Source: Thermodesulfobacteriota bacterium
Lineage (GTDB): Bacteria; Desulfobacterota; Desulfobulbia; Desulfobulbales; SURF-16
DNA length: 64,000 nucleotides
Direction: 5' to 3'
NCBI GenBank assembly: GCA_039715015.1
Contig: JBDLIE010000003.1
Span: 32,001 to 96,000, forward strand
Shown: one piece after another, positions 31,716-42,453 of the stretch
Layout of the letters: each line of letters opens with the position of its first letter
How positions within the stretch are numbered: position 1 is the stretch's first letter
Notes under the pieces: model-generated
The model's database searches: none
Told to the model about the DNA's origin: nothing
Seen by the model: only the letters and a program-made list of their open reading frames with translations
Made by a program: the position numbers and the translations under genes

Positions 31716-32783
31716 ATGTCGAAAAGAAACATCCTGTTTCCACTTCTCCTGTTTTTTTTGTTTATGGCGCCAAGCTTCAGTCTGGCAGAAGGTAATGCAA
31801 CTATTTTAATTTATCATCGTTTCGGAGATGCCCGCTACCCAACGACTAATGTCAGTGTTGAGGCCTTTTCCGAGCAGATGGATTTTCTGCTTGATAATGG
31901 TTACACGGTGATTCCTTTTGCCGAGTTAATCTCTCTGTTAAAAAACAAAACAAAAATACCTGAAAAAACTGTGGTCATTACCATTGATGATTCCTATGCC
32001 ACTGTTTATGAAAATGCCTGGCCAATTCTTAAGAAACATGGCTACCCCTTTTCGGTTTTTGTTTACACTAAAGGGGTTGACCAGGATTATGGCGATTATA
32101 TGAACTGGTCACAACTCCGTGAGTTGAAGGAGCATGGTGTTGATCTTCAAGACCATACTTTCGGCCATAAGCACCTGGCATTTCGGCAGGAGAATATGGA
32201 TGAGTTTGGCTACAGGGCCTGGATCAGTGGCGATCTTGTGAAATCCATGGCCCTTTTTTCAAGGGAACTCGGCGATACGCCCCGTTTCCTTGCTCTTCCA
32301 TATGGCGAGTATAATCAAATCGTTATTGAGGAGGCCAAGGCCTTAGGATATGAGGCCATCTTGACGCAGGACCCAGGTGCTGTCGGCTCTCATTCAGATC
32401 TTTTCAATCTCCCCAGGCAGCCTATCCTTGGCGACGAATGGGCTTCCATGCCCCATTTTGAAAAAATCCTTAAACTAACCGATTTCCCGGTAACCGACCT
32501 TACCCCCCAGCCCCAGCAATTAGCAGATGCCATGGTAACCAGGTTTCAGGTAACCATGATCAATCCAGAGGATTATATCCCAGGCAGCTTTGGTTTTTGG
32601 GTAAGTGGTTTGGGCTGGCATCAAGGTCAAAGGCAAGGGGACACCCTCTATTTTACAGCTGATAAGCCTTTGCAGAGGCCGATAAGCAGAGTTGTGGTCA
32701 GCGGTCGCGTAGCCAAAGATAGAAAACTTGCTACCCGGACCTGGATGCTCGTTCATCCTAATGGAGATAAGGCAGGGAAATAG
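31716..32783 (+). CDS. Exported polysaccharide deacetylase (CE4 family)
   Basis: Signal peptide, ILIYHRF, ITIDD, HTFGH and ALPYG. Confidence 0.85.
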   Translation: MSKRNILFPLLLFFLFMAPSFSLAEGNATILIYHRFGDARYPTTNVSVEAFSEQMDFLLDNGYTVIPFAELISLLKNKTKIPEKTVVITIDDSYATVYENAWPILKKHGYPFSVFVYTKGVDQDYGDYMNWSQLRELKEHGVDLQDHTFGHKHLAFRQENMDEFGYRAWISGDLVKSMALFSRELGDTPRFLALPYGEYNQIVIEEAKALGYEAILTQDPGAVGSHSDLFNLPRQPILGDEWASMPHFEKILKLTDFPVTDLTPQPQQLADAMVTRFQVTMINPEDYIPGSFGFWVSGLGWHQGQRQGDTLYFTADKPLQRPISRVVVSGRVAKDRKLATRTWMLVHPNGDKAGK

Positions 32784-33017
32784 ATGGTGCGTGAACTTAT
32801 AGCTCGATTAGACTGGCCTCTGCTTGTGGTCCTCTTCCTTACCATCGGCCTGGCTCCCTTCACACCACCCCATCTTGTCGAAAAAATAAGGATGTTAAGC
32901 CAGGGAACCCTGGAAAAACCGGTGGACTGGTTTGATCTCATCTTTCACGCCAGTCCCTGGCTTTTCTTGGCAATAAAGGCGGCCTACGCTGTTCTTGAGC
33001 GCTATTTCCCAAAATGA
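32784..33017 (+). CDS. Small membrane protein, 77 aa
   Basis: GLAPFTPPHLVEKIRML...DWFDLIFHASP resembles a conserved small membrane protein family; starts immediately after the deacetylase stop. Confidence 0.7.
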   Translation: MVRELIARLDWPLLVVLFLTIGLAPFTPPHLVEKIRMLSQGTLEKPVDWFDLIFHASPWLFLAIKAAYAVLERYFPK

Positions 33018-34051
33018 CAGATAGGGTATGTGCATTTCTTGCAGACACTGCACAGACCGCCATGGCCCAACTTGGCAAGGTCGGCACGGCTCATTTTTTC
33101 ACCGGAGAGTACCCGGGGAAGGACAAGATCAAAAACTGTAATTCGATGAAACATCCCGCAGGCCGGCAGGCCCATAACCGGAATATCACCGATGGTTCCC
33201 ACCAGAAACATGGCTCCGGGCAGAACCGGGGTCCCATAAACAATGTCGGTGGCACCGGCCTTGGCGATGGCCATTCTAGTTACATCGTCAGGATCAACAG
33301 ACATACCGCCACTGGTGATGATGAGATCAGCCCCTGCATCAATGCAGCCCCTGATTTCTTTGGCAATTATGTCGATATCGTCTGGAGCAAAGGCCACCTT
33401 GATAACCGAAGATCCCAACTCAGCGAGCTTTTTTCTGAGGACGGGTTCAAAGGCGTCCTTGATCCGGCCATAAAAAACTTCATTGCCGGTAATGATAAGT
33501 CCAGCCTGGACTTTACGCAGTTTTTTTACGGAGAGAATGCCCTCAGCCGGACAGATTTCAGCTGCTTGGTCAACAACATCTCTCTGAGAGGTCAGGGGGA
33601 TAAGGCGGGTTGCTGCAACCTGGGTTCCTTTTTTGACCGGCGTATTGTTATGCAAGGTGGAACACATCACCTCGCCGAGTAAGTTGAACTCATTAAGTTT
33701 TTCGACATCTATTTTAAGGATGCCATCAAATTCTGCGACTAAACTCAACTTCCCTTCGGTGGGGCCTCCGCTAATGGCAACGCCACTTCCAGCCAAGGCT
33801 TTGGCCATGATTTCGGCAGCCTCGTTTTCATGAACCTCGTCATCATCAAGGGAAAGTACATAGATGTGATCTTTACCAAGGCGCTTAAGGTGTTCGACAT
33901 CTTCGCTCCGGATGATATGCCCTTTTTTAAAGGCTGCCCCTTTGAAAGAGTCTTTTGCGTCGTCTGCCGAACCAAGGGGCCTGATTTCCGTGACGTCGTG
34001 GGGGAGGACCATACCAACGGCCTGTTCCACAGGGATTGTTTTTGATGCCAT
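33002..34051 (-). CDS. Molybdopterin-binding protein (MoeA/MoCF biosynthesis-like) with a C-terminal four-Cys motif
   Basis: AVGMVLPHDVTEI, TGNEV, SGGMSVDPDD, PVLPGAMF and CSVCKKCTYPICHFGK. Confidence 0.85.
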   Translation of the reverse strand: MASKTIPVEQAVGMVLPHDVTEIRPLGSADDAKDSFKGAAFKKGHIIRSEDVEHLKRLGKDHIYVLSLDDDEVHENEAAEIMAKALAGSGVAISGGPTEGKLSLVAEFDGILKIDVEKLNEFNLLGEVMCSTLHNNTPVKKGTQVAATRLIPLTSQRDVVDQAAEICPAEGILSVKKLRKVQAGLIITGNEVFYGRIKDAFEPVLRKKLAELGSSVIKVAFAPDDIDIIAKEIRGCIDAGADLIITSGGMSVDPDDVTRMAIAKAGATDIVYGTPVLPGAMFLVGTIGDIPVMGLPACGMFHRITVFDLVLPRVLSGEKMSRADLAKLGHGGLCSVCKKCTYPICHFGK

Positions 34052-34162
34052 AATTACTCGGAATTTTTATATTATTTTTAAGAGTACTTATTTCACAAAA
34101 TTATTTTTGTAGAGGTAAGGGGAAGGCAATAATACTAAGCGCTTCTTTAAAAGGCTAGTATA

Positions 34163-34190
34163 TTGACAAAGGCCTCAAATAAGATAGAGT
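34163..34190 (+). promoter_or_regulatory. Candidate sigma-70 promoter for the NSS transporter gene
   Basis: TTGACA-N16-TAGAGT, about 70 bp upstream of the ATG. Confidence 0.35.
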
Positions 34191-34262
34191 TACCCCGCGA
34201 TAATCAGTTATTTTTATTCAATTTTACGGAAGTCTTGAACATAAATAAATGGAGAATATTTT

Positions 34263-35819
34263 ATGAGCAGTAGCAGGGGAAACTGGCAGTCAAATCTAGG
34301 TTTTCTGCTTGCCGCTATAGGATCGGCCATTGGCCTTGGCAATGTTTGGCGTTTTAGTTATATGGCCCATCAATATGGTGGGGGCGCTTTCCTTGTTCCG
34401 TATATCGTTGCCTTGCTGATCGCGGGCCTGCCTATCATGCTCGTCGAGTATGGCGTCGGACATTTTGAAAAAGCGTCTTCACCCTTAAGTTTCAGAAGAA
34501 TAGGAAGTCAGTATGAGTGGTTGGGGTGGTGGATGCCAGTGGTGGCTATGTTTGGCATTATGCTCTACTACTCGGTCATTATTGGCTGGTGTGTTAACTA
34601 TCTCTTTCTCTCCGCCTCTTTAGGGTGGGGTGCCGATCCGCAAAGTTTCTTTTTTAGCGATTTTCTTAAACTTACTGACTCAGCCGACAATCTAGGCTCC
34701 TTTCGGATGCCCATTCTCTTTGCCACAGGCTTTGTCTGGTTTTTATGCTGGCTCATCTGTTTTCGTGATGTCAGCCATGGAATTGAGCGGGCCAGTAAAA
34801 TTTTTATGCCGGCCCTGTTTCTCTTGACCCTTATTATGGTGGGCTGGACCCTTACTTTAGATGGCGCCACTGATGCAATCATCAATAATTACCTTTCTGC
34901 AGACTGGTCTCGGATCAATATCTTTGCCACAGACCCTGATATCCGCAGCCAGGCCATTAAGACATGGGTGGCTGCCTTTGGTCAGATCTTCTTTACCCTT
35001 TCTTTAGGTTTCGGCATTATGATCACCTATGCCAGCTACCTGCCGGAAAAAACAAATATTGGCCAGAATGCGTTAGTAACATGTGTGGTAAACTGTGCGT
35101 ACTCGCTCATCGCTGGTCTTGCTGTGTTTGGTATAGTAGGATTCATGGCCCAGAGTCAGGGGGTAGCCTTTGATGATGCCATTAAGGGCGGCCCGCAGCT
35201 TGCCTTTGTTGTTTACCCTAAGGCAATCTCATTGCTGCCAAGCTTCAATACCCTTTTTGGCATAATGTTCTTTTTAATTTTGGTTATAGCTGGTCTCACC
35301 TCAGGTGTATCCTTGATTGAGGCCTTTACCTGTTCTGTTACTGACAAATTTGTCTGGGGCAGGAAAAAGGTGGTGACCGCAGTATGTGTTTTAGGTTTTG
35401 TCGGCAGCCTGATTTTTACCACCCAAGGAGGACTTTATATACTCGATATTGCAGATCATTTTATAACAAATTATGGCCTCGTCCTTGGCGGTCTTTTAGA
35501 GTGCCTGCTGGTTGGCTGGGTGCTTAAAACAGTGGTACTACGGGACCATTTTGCTGCTTCCGGCAGTAAAATCCCGCTCATCTGGGATATCTGTGTCAGA
35601 TTTATCACTCCAGCTCTCTTACTTATTCTTGTCTATTTTGCAGTGAACGTTGACTGGAGTGAGAATTATGGTGGTTACTCCTCTAGACAACTCATGCTTT
35701 ATGGTGGCGGGGCCATGCTTGCTTGCCTCTCAGCGGCGTTAGTTCTTGCCTTTACATCATGGCACCCGGACAAACTTAAACGCCGCCATCAACCTGAAGA
35801 GGATGAACTCTTGGTTTAA
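34263..35819 (+). CDS. Sodium-dependent transporter, neurotransmitter:sodium symporter (NSS) family
   Basis: GSAIGLGNVWRF, GGGAFLVPY, QIFFTLSLGFG and GPQLAF. Confidence 0.92.
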   Translation: MSSSRGNWQSNLGFLLAAIGSAIGLGNVWRFSYMAHQYGGGAFLVPYIVALLIAGLPIMLVEYGVGHFEKASSPLSFRRIGSQYEWLGWWMPVVAMFGIMLYYSVIIGWCVNYLFLSASLGWGADPQSFFFSDFLKLTDSADNLGSFRMPILFATGFVWFLCWLICFRDVSHGIERASKIFMPALFLLTLIMVGWTLTLDGATDAIINNYLSADWSRINIFATDPDIRSQAIKTWVAAFGQIFFTLSLGFGIMITYASYLPEKTNIGQNALVTCVVNCAYSLIAGLAVFGIVGFMAQSQGVAFDDAIKGGPQLAFVVYPKAISLLPSFNTLFGIMFFLILVIAGLTSGVSLIEAFTCSVTDKFVWGRKKVVTAVCVLGFVGSLIFTTQGGLYILDIADHFITNYGLVLGGLLECLLVGWVLKTVVLRDHFAASGSKIPLIWDICVRFITPALLLILVYFAVNVDWSENYGGYSSRQLMLYGGGAMLACLSAALVLAFTSWHPDKLKRRHQPEEDELLV

Positions 35820-35825
35820 ATTATT

Positions 35826-36362
35826 ATGACACCACCTTCAAAAGAAATTTATCAGCCCCTTGTGGCTGCCCATGATTTTATCTCATCAAGATTACTATAT
35901 TTCTTTAATAACGATGATTTTGCTGATACTGAGTTTGCTGTAAACGAGTTTGATGTCTTTGCTATTTTTATTGCAACAATAGCCTTTTTAAACAACAAAG
36001 AGCCCAGCGAAGAAATGGGTACTGTTGTTGAAGATTTTCATGCCACCATGATGAACGTTATTGTGCAGCGTATCCTTGCAGCCCAGCCGGAACAAGCATC
36101 TGTTGACAAGGAAGAAGCTCTTGCCGACCTGATTAAGAAGATCTTTGAAGAACGTTTTCGCCATTATTTTCACATCTTCAAAAAAGGGAGTGATGAAGAT
36201 GTCCAGCAGATGTATATCAAACTGGCTGACGCCTTTCTTGACAGTGCTGTTAAGGAATCTGGACCTCAGGAAACACTTAGTCGTTTCACATCCTTTGTCA
36301 TAGAACTGTTTGACGAAGTGTCTGTGTTACTCCAAAAAACTGAATCTCTCGCTGGCTCCTAG
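35826..36362 (+). CDS. Hypothetical protein, acidic and predicted helical
   Basis: 178 aa ORF packed between co-oriented genes (6 and 23 bp gaps); no motif recognised. Confidence 0.7.
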   Translation: MTPPSKEIYQPLVAAHDFISSRLLYFFNNDDFADTEFAVNEFDVFAIFIATIAFLNNKEPSEEMGTVVEDFHATMMNVIVQRILAAQPEQASVDKEEALADLIKKIFEERFRHYFHIFKKGSDEDVQQMYIKLADAFLDSAVKESGPQETLSRFTSFVIELFDEVSVLLQKTESLAGS

Positions 36363-36385
36363 CCAGGAGAGCTGGTAGTCATTCT

Positions 36386-37345
36386 ATGAAAAAGATTAAG
36401 GCAGGAGTTATCGGTGTAGGATATCTGGGTAATTTCCACGCCCAAAAATATGCCGCCATGGATCATGTTGATCTTGTCGGCGTTTTTGATACGGATATTG
36501 GTCGAGCCGAAGAAATTGCCAAATCCTGTCAATGCAAGGCGTATGATGATTATCACGAGCTCATTTCTTTAGTTGATGCCGCGAGCATTGTTACCCCTAC
36601 GACCTTTCATCACAAGGTTGGTATGGATTGTCTTGCTGCCGGCCTTGATGTCATGATGGAAAAGCCTATCACTGTTACGCTTGATGAGGCTGATGAGCTT
36701 GTCGAGCTTGCAAAACAACAGAAATGTATCCTGCAGGTTGGTCATTTGGAGCGTTTTAATCCTGGCATCATGGCCCTTAATCATTATCTTGATAACCCCA
36801 TTTATATCGAATCGCAGCGGGTCCATCAATTTAACCCCCGTGGCAATGATGTTGATGTTGTCCTTGATCTTATGATCCATGATATCGACATTATCTTAAG
36901 TGTTGTTTCCTCACCCCTAAAGACTATACGTACCCTGGGTTCATCAGTGGTCACCACATCCACTGATGTGGCCACTGCCCAACTTATTTTTGAAAATGGT
37001 TGCGCGGCCACTGTTACAGCAAGCAGGATTGCCCAGAGCAATGTCAGGCAGCTTGTAATCCATCAAAAAAAGAGTTCGCTCATTGTTGATTACGGCAAAA
37101 AGGATATCACAGTGATCGAACGAAGCGGCGGCCAGACAGCAGATGGCTATCCCATGGAAGAGGCCACCCATTTACCCTTTCCCGATCAAGGCGATGCTCT
37201 GAAGTCAGAACTGCTTCATTTTATTGATGCTGTTCAAACCAGGAAGCAACCGAAGGTAAGTGGGGTGGAAGGGCGGCAGGCCTTGGCCATTGCCCTTCAG
37301 TTAATTGATGAGATGAAAGAACATCAAGCTGTTCACAACTTATAA
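36386..37345 (+). CDS. Gfo/Idh/MocA oxidoreductase, GnnA-like
   Basis: GVGYLG, MEKPI, VGHLERFNP and DLMIHDID; abuts lpxB. Confidence 0.85.
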   Translation: MKKIKAGVIGVGYLGNFHAQKYAAMDHVDLVGVFDTDIGRAEEIAKSCQCKAYDDYHELISLVDAASIVTPTTFHHKVGMDCLAAGLDVMMEKPITVTLDEADELVELAKQQKCILQVGHLERFNPGIMALNHYLDNPIYIESQRVHQFNPRGNDVDVVLDLMIHDIDIILSVVSSPLKTIRTLGSSVVTTSTDVATAQLIFENGCAATVTASRIAQSNVRQLVIHQKKSSLIVDYGKKDITVIERSGGQTADGYPMEEATHLPFPDQGDALKSELLHFIDAVQTRKQPKVSGVEGRQALAIALQLIDEMKEHQAVHNL

Positions 37346-38497
37346 ATGTCTGAAATTCCAAAAACAGAAGTTATGATAGTTTCCGGAGAGGCCTCCGGAG
37401 ATATGCATGCTGCCCGCGCCTTGCAGGCCTTGCAAAAACGTCTTCCTCAGATTAAAGCTTACGGCATGGGGGGCACAGCCTTACGCCAGGCTGGCATGGA
37501 GATTCTGGTCGATGCGGCAGATATGGCCGTGGTTGGCATTGTGGAAGTCCTTGCCCATCTCGGCTCCATTATCTCTGCGCAGAATATCCTCCACAATGCT
37601 CTTAAGGAGAGGAAACCAGATCTTCTCATTCTCATTGATTATCCTGATTTCAACCTGATGTTGGCCAAAAAAGCTCGCCGACTTCATATTCCAGTTTTGT
37701 ATTATATTAGTCCTCAGGTCTGGGCCTGGCGCAGTGGCCGGGTCAAAAAAATCCGTAAACTTGTCGATGAGATGGCGGTTATTCTGCCCTTTGAGAAAGC
37801 CTTTTATGCCAGGCACGCTTTCCCTGTAACCTATGTCGGCCATCCTCTGGCTGAACACGTAAAGGCAATCATTGGAAGAGAAGCCTTTTTTGACAAACAT
37901 GGTCTCCCTGCCGGTAAAAATGTCGTGGGTATTATGCCGGGGAGTCGGCGTAAAGAAATAGCCACCATGTTGCCAGTTTTTCTAAAAGCAGCAAGCCTCC
38001 TTCAGAAAGTTCATCCTGATACCACCTATCTCTTACCCCTGGCACCCACCTTGACTATTGATGTGCTCAAGGAAAACGGCCTTGATGATTTCCCTGTAGA
38101 TATACATGTGGTTGAAGGAGATCGCTATGATCTCATGGCATGCTGTGATCTGGTGATGGCCGCCTCAGGTACAGTTACCCTTGAGCTTGCCCTCTTGCAA
38201 ATACCCATGCTTGTTTCCTATAAAGTCTCAGCCATGACCCATTTTCTGGGAAAGCGCTTTATCAAGGTTGATTATGCCTCGCTGGTGAATCTTATTGCTG
38301 ATGAGGAAATAGTGCCTGAGCTTCTGCAAGATGATGCAACACCTGAGAAGATTGCCCGTGCCATGCAAAAAATCTGGCCTGGAAATCAACCCCATACAGA
38401 GATGATCTCAAAGCTTGCTGAAATCAAAGATGCCCTGGGCCAAGGTGGTGCTGCCGACAATGTCGCCTCACTCGCTGAAAAATTTTTCCCGAACTGA
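37346..38497 (+). CDS. lpxB: Lipid A disaccharide synthase
   Basis: SGEASGD, IDYPDFN, YISPQVWAWR, YVGHP, PGSRRKE and ASGTVTLE. Confidence 0.96.
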   Translation: MSEIPKTEVMIVSGEASGDMHAARALQALQKRLPQIKAYGMGGTALRQAGMEILVDAADMAVVGIVEVLAHLGSIISAQNILHNALKERKPDLLILIDYPDFNLMLAKKARRLHIPVLYYISPQVWAWRSGRVKKIRKLVDEMAVILPFEKAFYARHAFPVTYVGHPLAEHVKAIIGREAFFDKHGLPAGKNVVGIMPGSRRKEIATMLPVFLKAASLLQKVHPDTTYLLPLAPTLTIDVLKENGLDDFPVDIHVVEGDRYDLMACCDLVMAASGTVTLELALLQIPMLVSYKVSAMTHFLGKRFIKVDYASLVNLIADEEIVPELLQDDATPEKIARAMQKIWPGNQPHTEMISKLAEIKDALGQGGAADNVASLAEKFFPN

Positions 38498-38697
38498 CAA
38501 ATTGCAGCATTCTCCATCCCTCACTTTTAACTCTTTCTAACCTACTGATAATAAAAGGAAAAAATAAAAATCAGCACACATCTAGGCATTTTGCCTAGGT
38601 TGTCTTTAAACGCTGCGCCGATTGAAGCTTCCAGCCATAAGATTTAATTTTAGTTATAAAGTCGAAATTTATTTTTTCTTTACTAGGGAGACTCTTA

Positions 38698-40464
38698 ATG
38701 GTTGATCAATATCTTCAACATCTGATGGCCCTCATAGGCAATAATAAGATTTTTGCCAGTTATGAGTTCATGAAAAGTCTTCCACCCAATACCCCCATTC
38801 CAAATAAGAACAATCTGTTTAGCGATCTTGAGGTTAAGGTTAACGAGGCCAGACTACTTACCCGAGAGGTGAACAGGCTCCTGAAAAAAGCTGATTACCC
38901 TAAGGCCCTTGGCAATTTACTTAAGGCAAAACGTTTGGTGCCAGACTTTCCCAATATACAAAATGATATCGATTTTATAGAAGGGACCATAACCAATCTC
39001 CAGCAAAGCCTCAGCGAAGCAGAAAAGGCCGCCAAGAAGGGGAAGCAGAAAAAGGTCAGGGAATTTCTCGATACTGCACATAAGATTGACGGGCGCAATA
39101 TCGCAATTTCTAGAATTGAGAAAAAACTTCAAAAATCTTTACAAAGAAATAAGATCAGAAACATCCTCTTAACCTCAATGGTTATCCTTACCCCCTTTGT
39201 TTACAGCGGCTATGAAATTTTCTCATATATGGAAGGTAACTCCCACTGGACAAAGGCCAATTCATATATTGCCAGGCATGAATATCAGCTTGCCAAATTG
39301 GAAATGGAGAAAGTTGAGAAGAATTTGAACAAAGTTCATTTCCTCAATCAGCCTGGAAAGCTGAACCTCCTTGGCTGCACCAAGAACATGATTGCTTCAA
39401 CACGATTTCAACAGGGCCTCCTTGGCAAGGTTCTCCATGGAGATACCTTTATCGATCTTGCCAATAAAATACAGCTCGATAAGATCGCCTTGTTGACCAA
39501 GAAGGCTGAACAGAACGTCACAGACAAGAACTGGTCAGTAGCGCTTACAGAGTATCAGCAGGCATTGGATGTCGCTCTGAAGGATGAAGATTTTCATCAT
39601 GTTACCATCAATAAACTTCATAAATCTATTCTTGATATTCGCGATATCATGTATGTCCAATATGAGGACGTGGGTAAAGTATCTTTCAGAGGTATGGTGA
39701 AACAGGCGGATCTTCTCTTTAATGAAAAAAGATGGGATGAGGCCATGAATTCTTATGGTCAGGCACTCCGTTTTGCTCAGGAGAATAGGGTCTCTGATTA
39801 TGACCTCGTGACCAGGATTAGTAAGGCACGTCATGTGGCCGATATAAATAATTCTCTTGAAGAAGCCCAGGCTCTTTTAGCCCTTAACAAATCGATTGAG
39901 GCAAGAAAAATCTTTGAAAGAATCATTGAGTTCTCAGAAGAAAATGGGGTTACTGGTCTCGCAGCTACTGCCATTTCCCGAGAAATGATCGCCAAAATAG
40001 ATAAGAACGTTTTCCTTAATAAGATTGACACGTTAGAAATGAAAGCTGGAAAGCTTCGATTAGAGAAAAAGTATGAAGAATCATTAGCCTATTACCATGA
40101 GCTTCTTCAAGAAATCGGAGCAAATTCGAATAAACTCCAACTGAACTTAGCTGACCGAGAAAAAATGGTCAAAGAGACAATGGCAGAAATCAGCAAACAG
40201 CAGGTTGTTAGTAGCCAGCATAGATTTTTGCTTTCAGCTTATCAGAATATTTTGCGGAAAACTTTTAACCTCTCAAAAAATATCCGCCTAAAACAACCGG
40301 AAATTGTTTTCCTTAAAAATGATAACAACGTTTTGATTTATAAGGTTACTGCCCTTGGCACACAGGATTCCAATACATCGGCCATAGACACCAAGTATGA
40401 GGTTGACTATAAGTTTGACATGGGCACCGGAGCATGGGCCTTAAATGGTTCCCCAATAAGTTAG
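38698..40464 (+). CDS. Hypothetical single-pass membrane protein with TPR-like helical repeats
   Basis: 588 aa; one hydrophobic helix (ILLTSMVILTPFVYSGY); repeated TPR-like patterns (DYPKAL, WSVALTEYQQAL, WDEAMNSYGQAL, YEESLAYY). Confidence 0.7.
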   Translation: MVDQYLQHLMALIGNNKIFASYEFMKSLPPNTPIPNKNNLFSDLEVKVNEARLLTREVNRLLKKADYPKALGNLLKAKRLVPDFPNIQNDIDFIEGTITNLQQSLSEAEKAAKKGKQKKVREFLDTAHKIDGRNIAISRIEKKLQKSLQRNKIRNILLTSMVILTPFVYSGYEIFSYMEGNSHWTKANSYIARHEYQLAKLEMEKVEKNLNKVHFLNQPGKLNLLGCTKNMIASTRFQQGLLGKVLHGDTFIDLANKIQLDKIALLTKKAEQNVTDKNWSVALTEYQQALDVALKDEDFHHVTINKLHKSILDIRDIMYVQYEDVGKVSFRGMVKQADLLFNEKRWDEAMNSYGQALRFAQENRVSDYDLVTRISKARHVADINNSLEEAQALLALNKSIEARKIFERIIEFSEENGVTGLAATAISREMIAKIDKNVFLNKIDTLEMKAGKLRLEKKYEESLAYYHELLQEIGANSNKLQLNLADREKMVKETMAEISKQQVVSSQHRFLLSAYQNILRKTFNLSKNIRLKQPEIVFLKNDNNVLIYKVTALGTQDSNTSAIDTKYEVDYKFDMGTGAWALNGSPIS

Positions 40465-40491
40465 ATTTATCTAAATATTTTCATCAAAGAC

Positions 40492-40530
40492 AAAGGTGGT
40501 TACTGTTATTAGACAGTAGCCGCCTTTTTT
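40492..40530 (+). terminator. Intrinsic terminator between convergent genes
   Basis: aaaggtggttactgt / acagtagccgccttt followed by a T run. Confidence 0.7.
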
Positions 40531-41275
40531 ATTTGCGATGATTCTTTTCTCTTGCCAGAAGTTGCCTGTCGATCAAACTCCAGAGGCCATGGAGGATACG
40601 CACCTCCCTTTCATCAAGGCCGGCCCGATTGAAAATTCTGCGGTATGTCCTTAAAATATGGTCCGGATTTAAAGGATCAAGATATCCTGCCGCCAATAAT
40701 GTCTTGCGCATGTGCTGGAACATTTTTTCCTTATTTCCAGCCGTGGCAAGTTCAGTTGCCGGTGGGTCTTGCCCCTGTGAGCCGTGCTTGGAAAACGCAT
40801 AAAGACAGACTGCAACTGCCTGGGCAAGATTAAGTGACGGAAGATCTGGCGAGGTGTCAATGGTAATAAAGGTGTCGCAGAGGCTTAGTTCATCAGTGGA
40901 AAGGCCATGGTCCTCTCTGCCAAAGACGAGGGCGGCTTTTTGATCAGAGGGCAGGGCGCTGCATACTTCTTTTAATTGATCGGGCCGGATAAACTCATTT
41001 CGATATTTGCCAAACCTGCGGGTGGAGCCAACCACCAAGTGGCAATCACCTATAGCCCCTTCAAGACTTTTAAATTTGCGTGCAGAGCGCAGGACTGTTT
41101 TTTTGGCTGTGACCGCCATGTCACGTGCCTCTTTACAAAGATGATCAACACGAGGGTTGACCAGACGCAGCTCTCGGAAACCAAAATTCATCATAATCCG
41201 GCAGATAGAGCCGATATTATGACCACCTTGGGGTTCGACGAGGACGATGGCTATATTGTTAAATTCAGTAGTCAT
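40529..41275 (-). CDS. trmJ: TrmJ/LasT-family SPOUT tRNA methyltransferase
   Basis: IVLVEP...NIGS...MMNFG, VFGREDHGL and SLNLAQAV. Confidence 0.85.
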   Translation of the reverse strand: MTTEFNNIAIVLVEPQGGHNIGSICRIMMNFGFRELRLVNPRVDHLCKEARDMAVTAKKTVLRSARKFKSLEGAIGDCHLVVGSTRRFGKYRNEFIRPDQLKEVCSALPSDQKAALVFGREDHGLSTDELSLCDTFITIDTSPDLPSLNLAQAVAVCLYAFSKHGSQGQDPPATELATAGNKEKMFQHMRKTLLAAGYLDPLNPDHILRTYRRIFNRAGLDEREVRILHGLWSLIDRQLLAREKNHRK

Positions 41276-41278
41276 CAA

Positions 41279-41320
41279 AAAAACAAACCCGAGCCTGTCA
41301 GCAAGACAAACCCGGGCAAC
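41279..41320 (-). terminator. Intrinsic terminator after leuB
   Basis: Minus-strand stem gcccgggtttgtc / gacaggctcgggt followed by ttgtttttt. Confidence 0.65.
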
Positions 41321-41341
41321 GAAAGTAAATAAAATAATCTT

Positions 41342-42424
<1,083 letters not shown>

Positions 42425-42453
42425 TTAATTATATTGAAAATTTACTAGAATTA

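Noticed and set aside
33014..33682. 222 aa plus-strand ORF
   Set aside because: Antisense shadow of the molybdopterin-binding gene.
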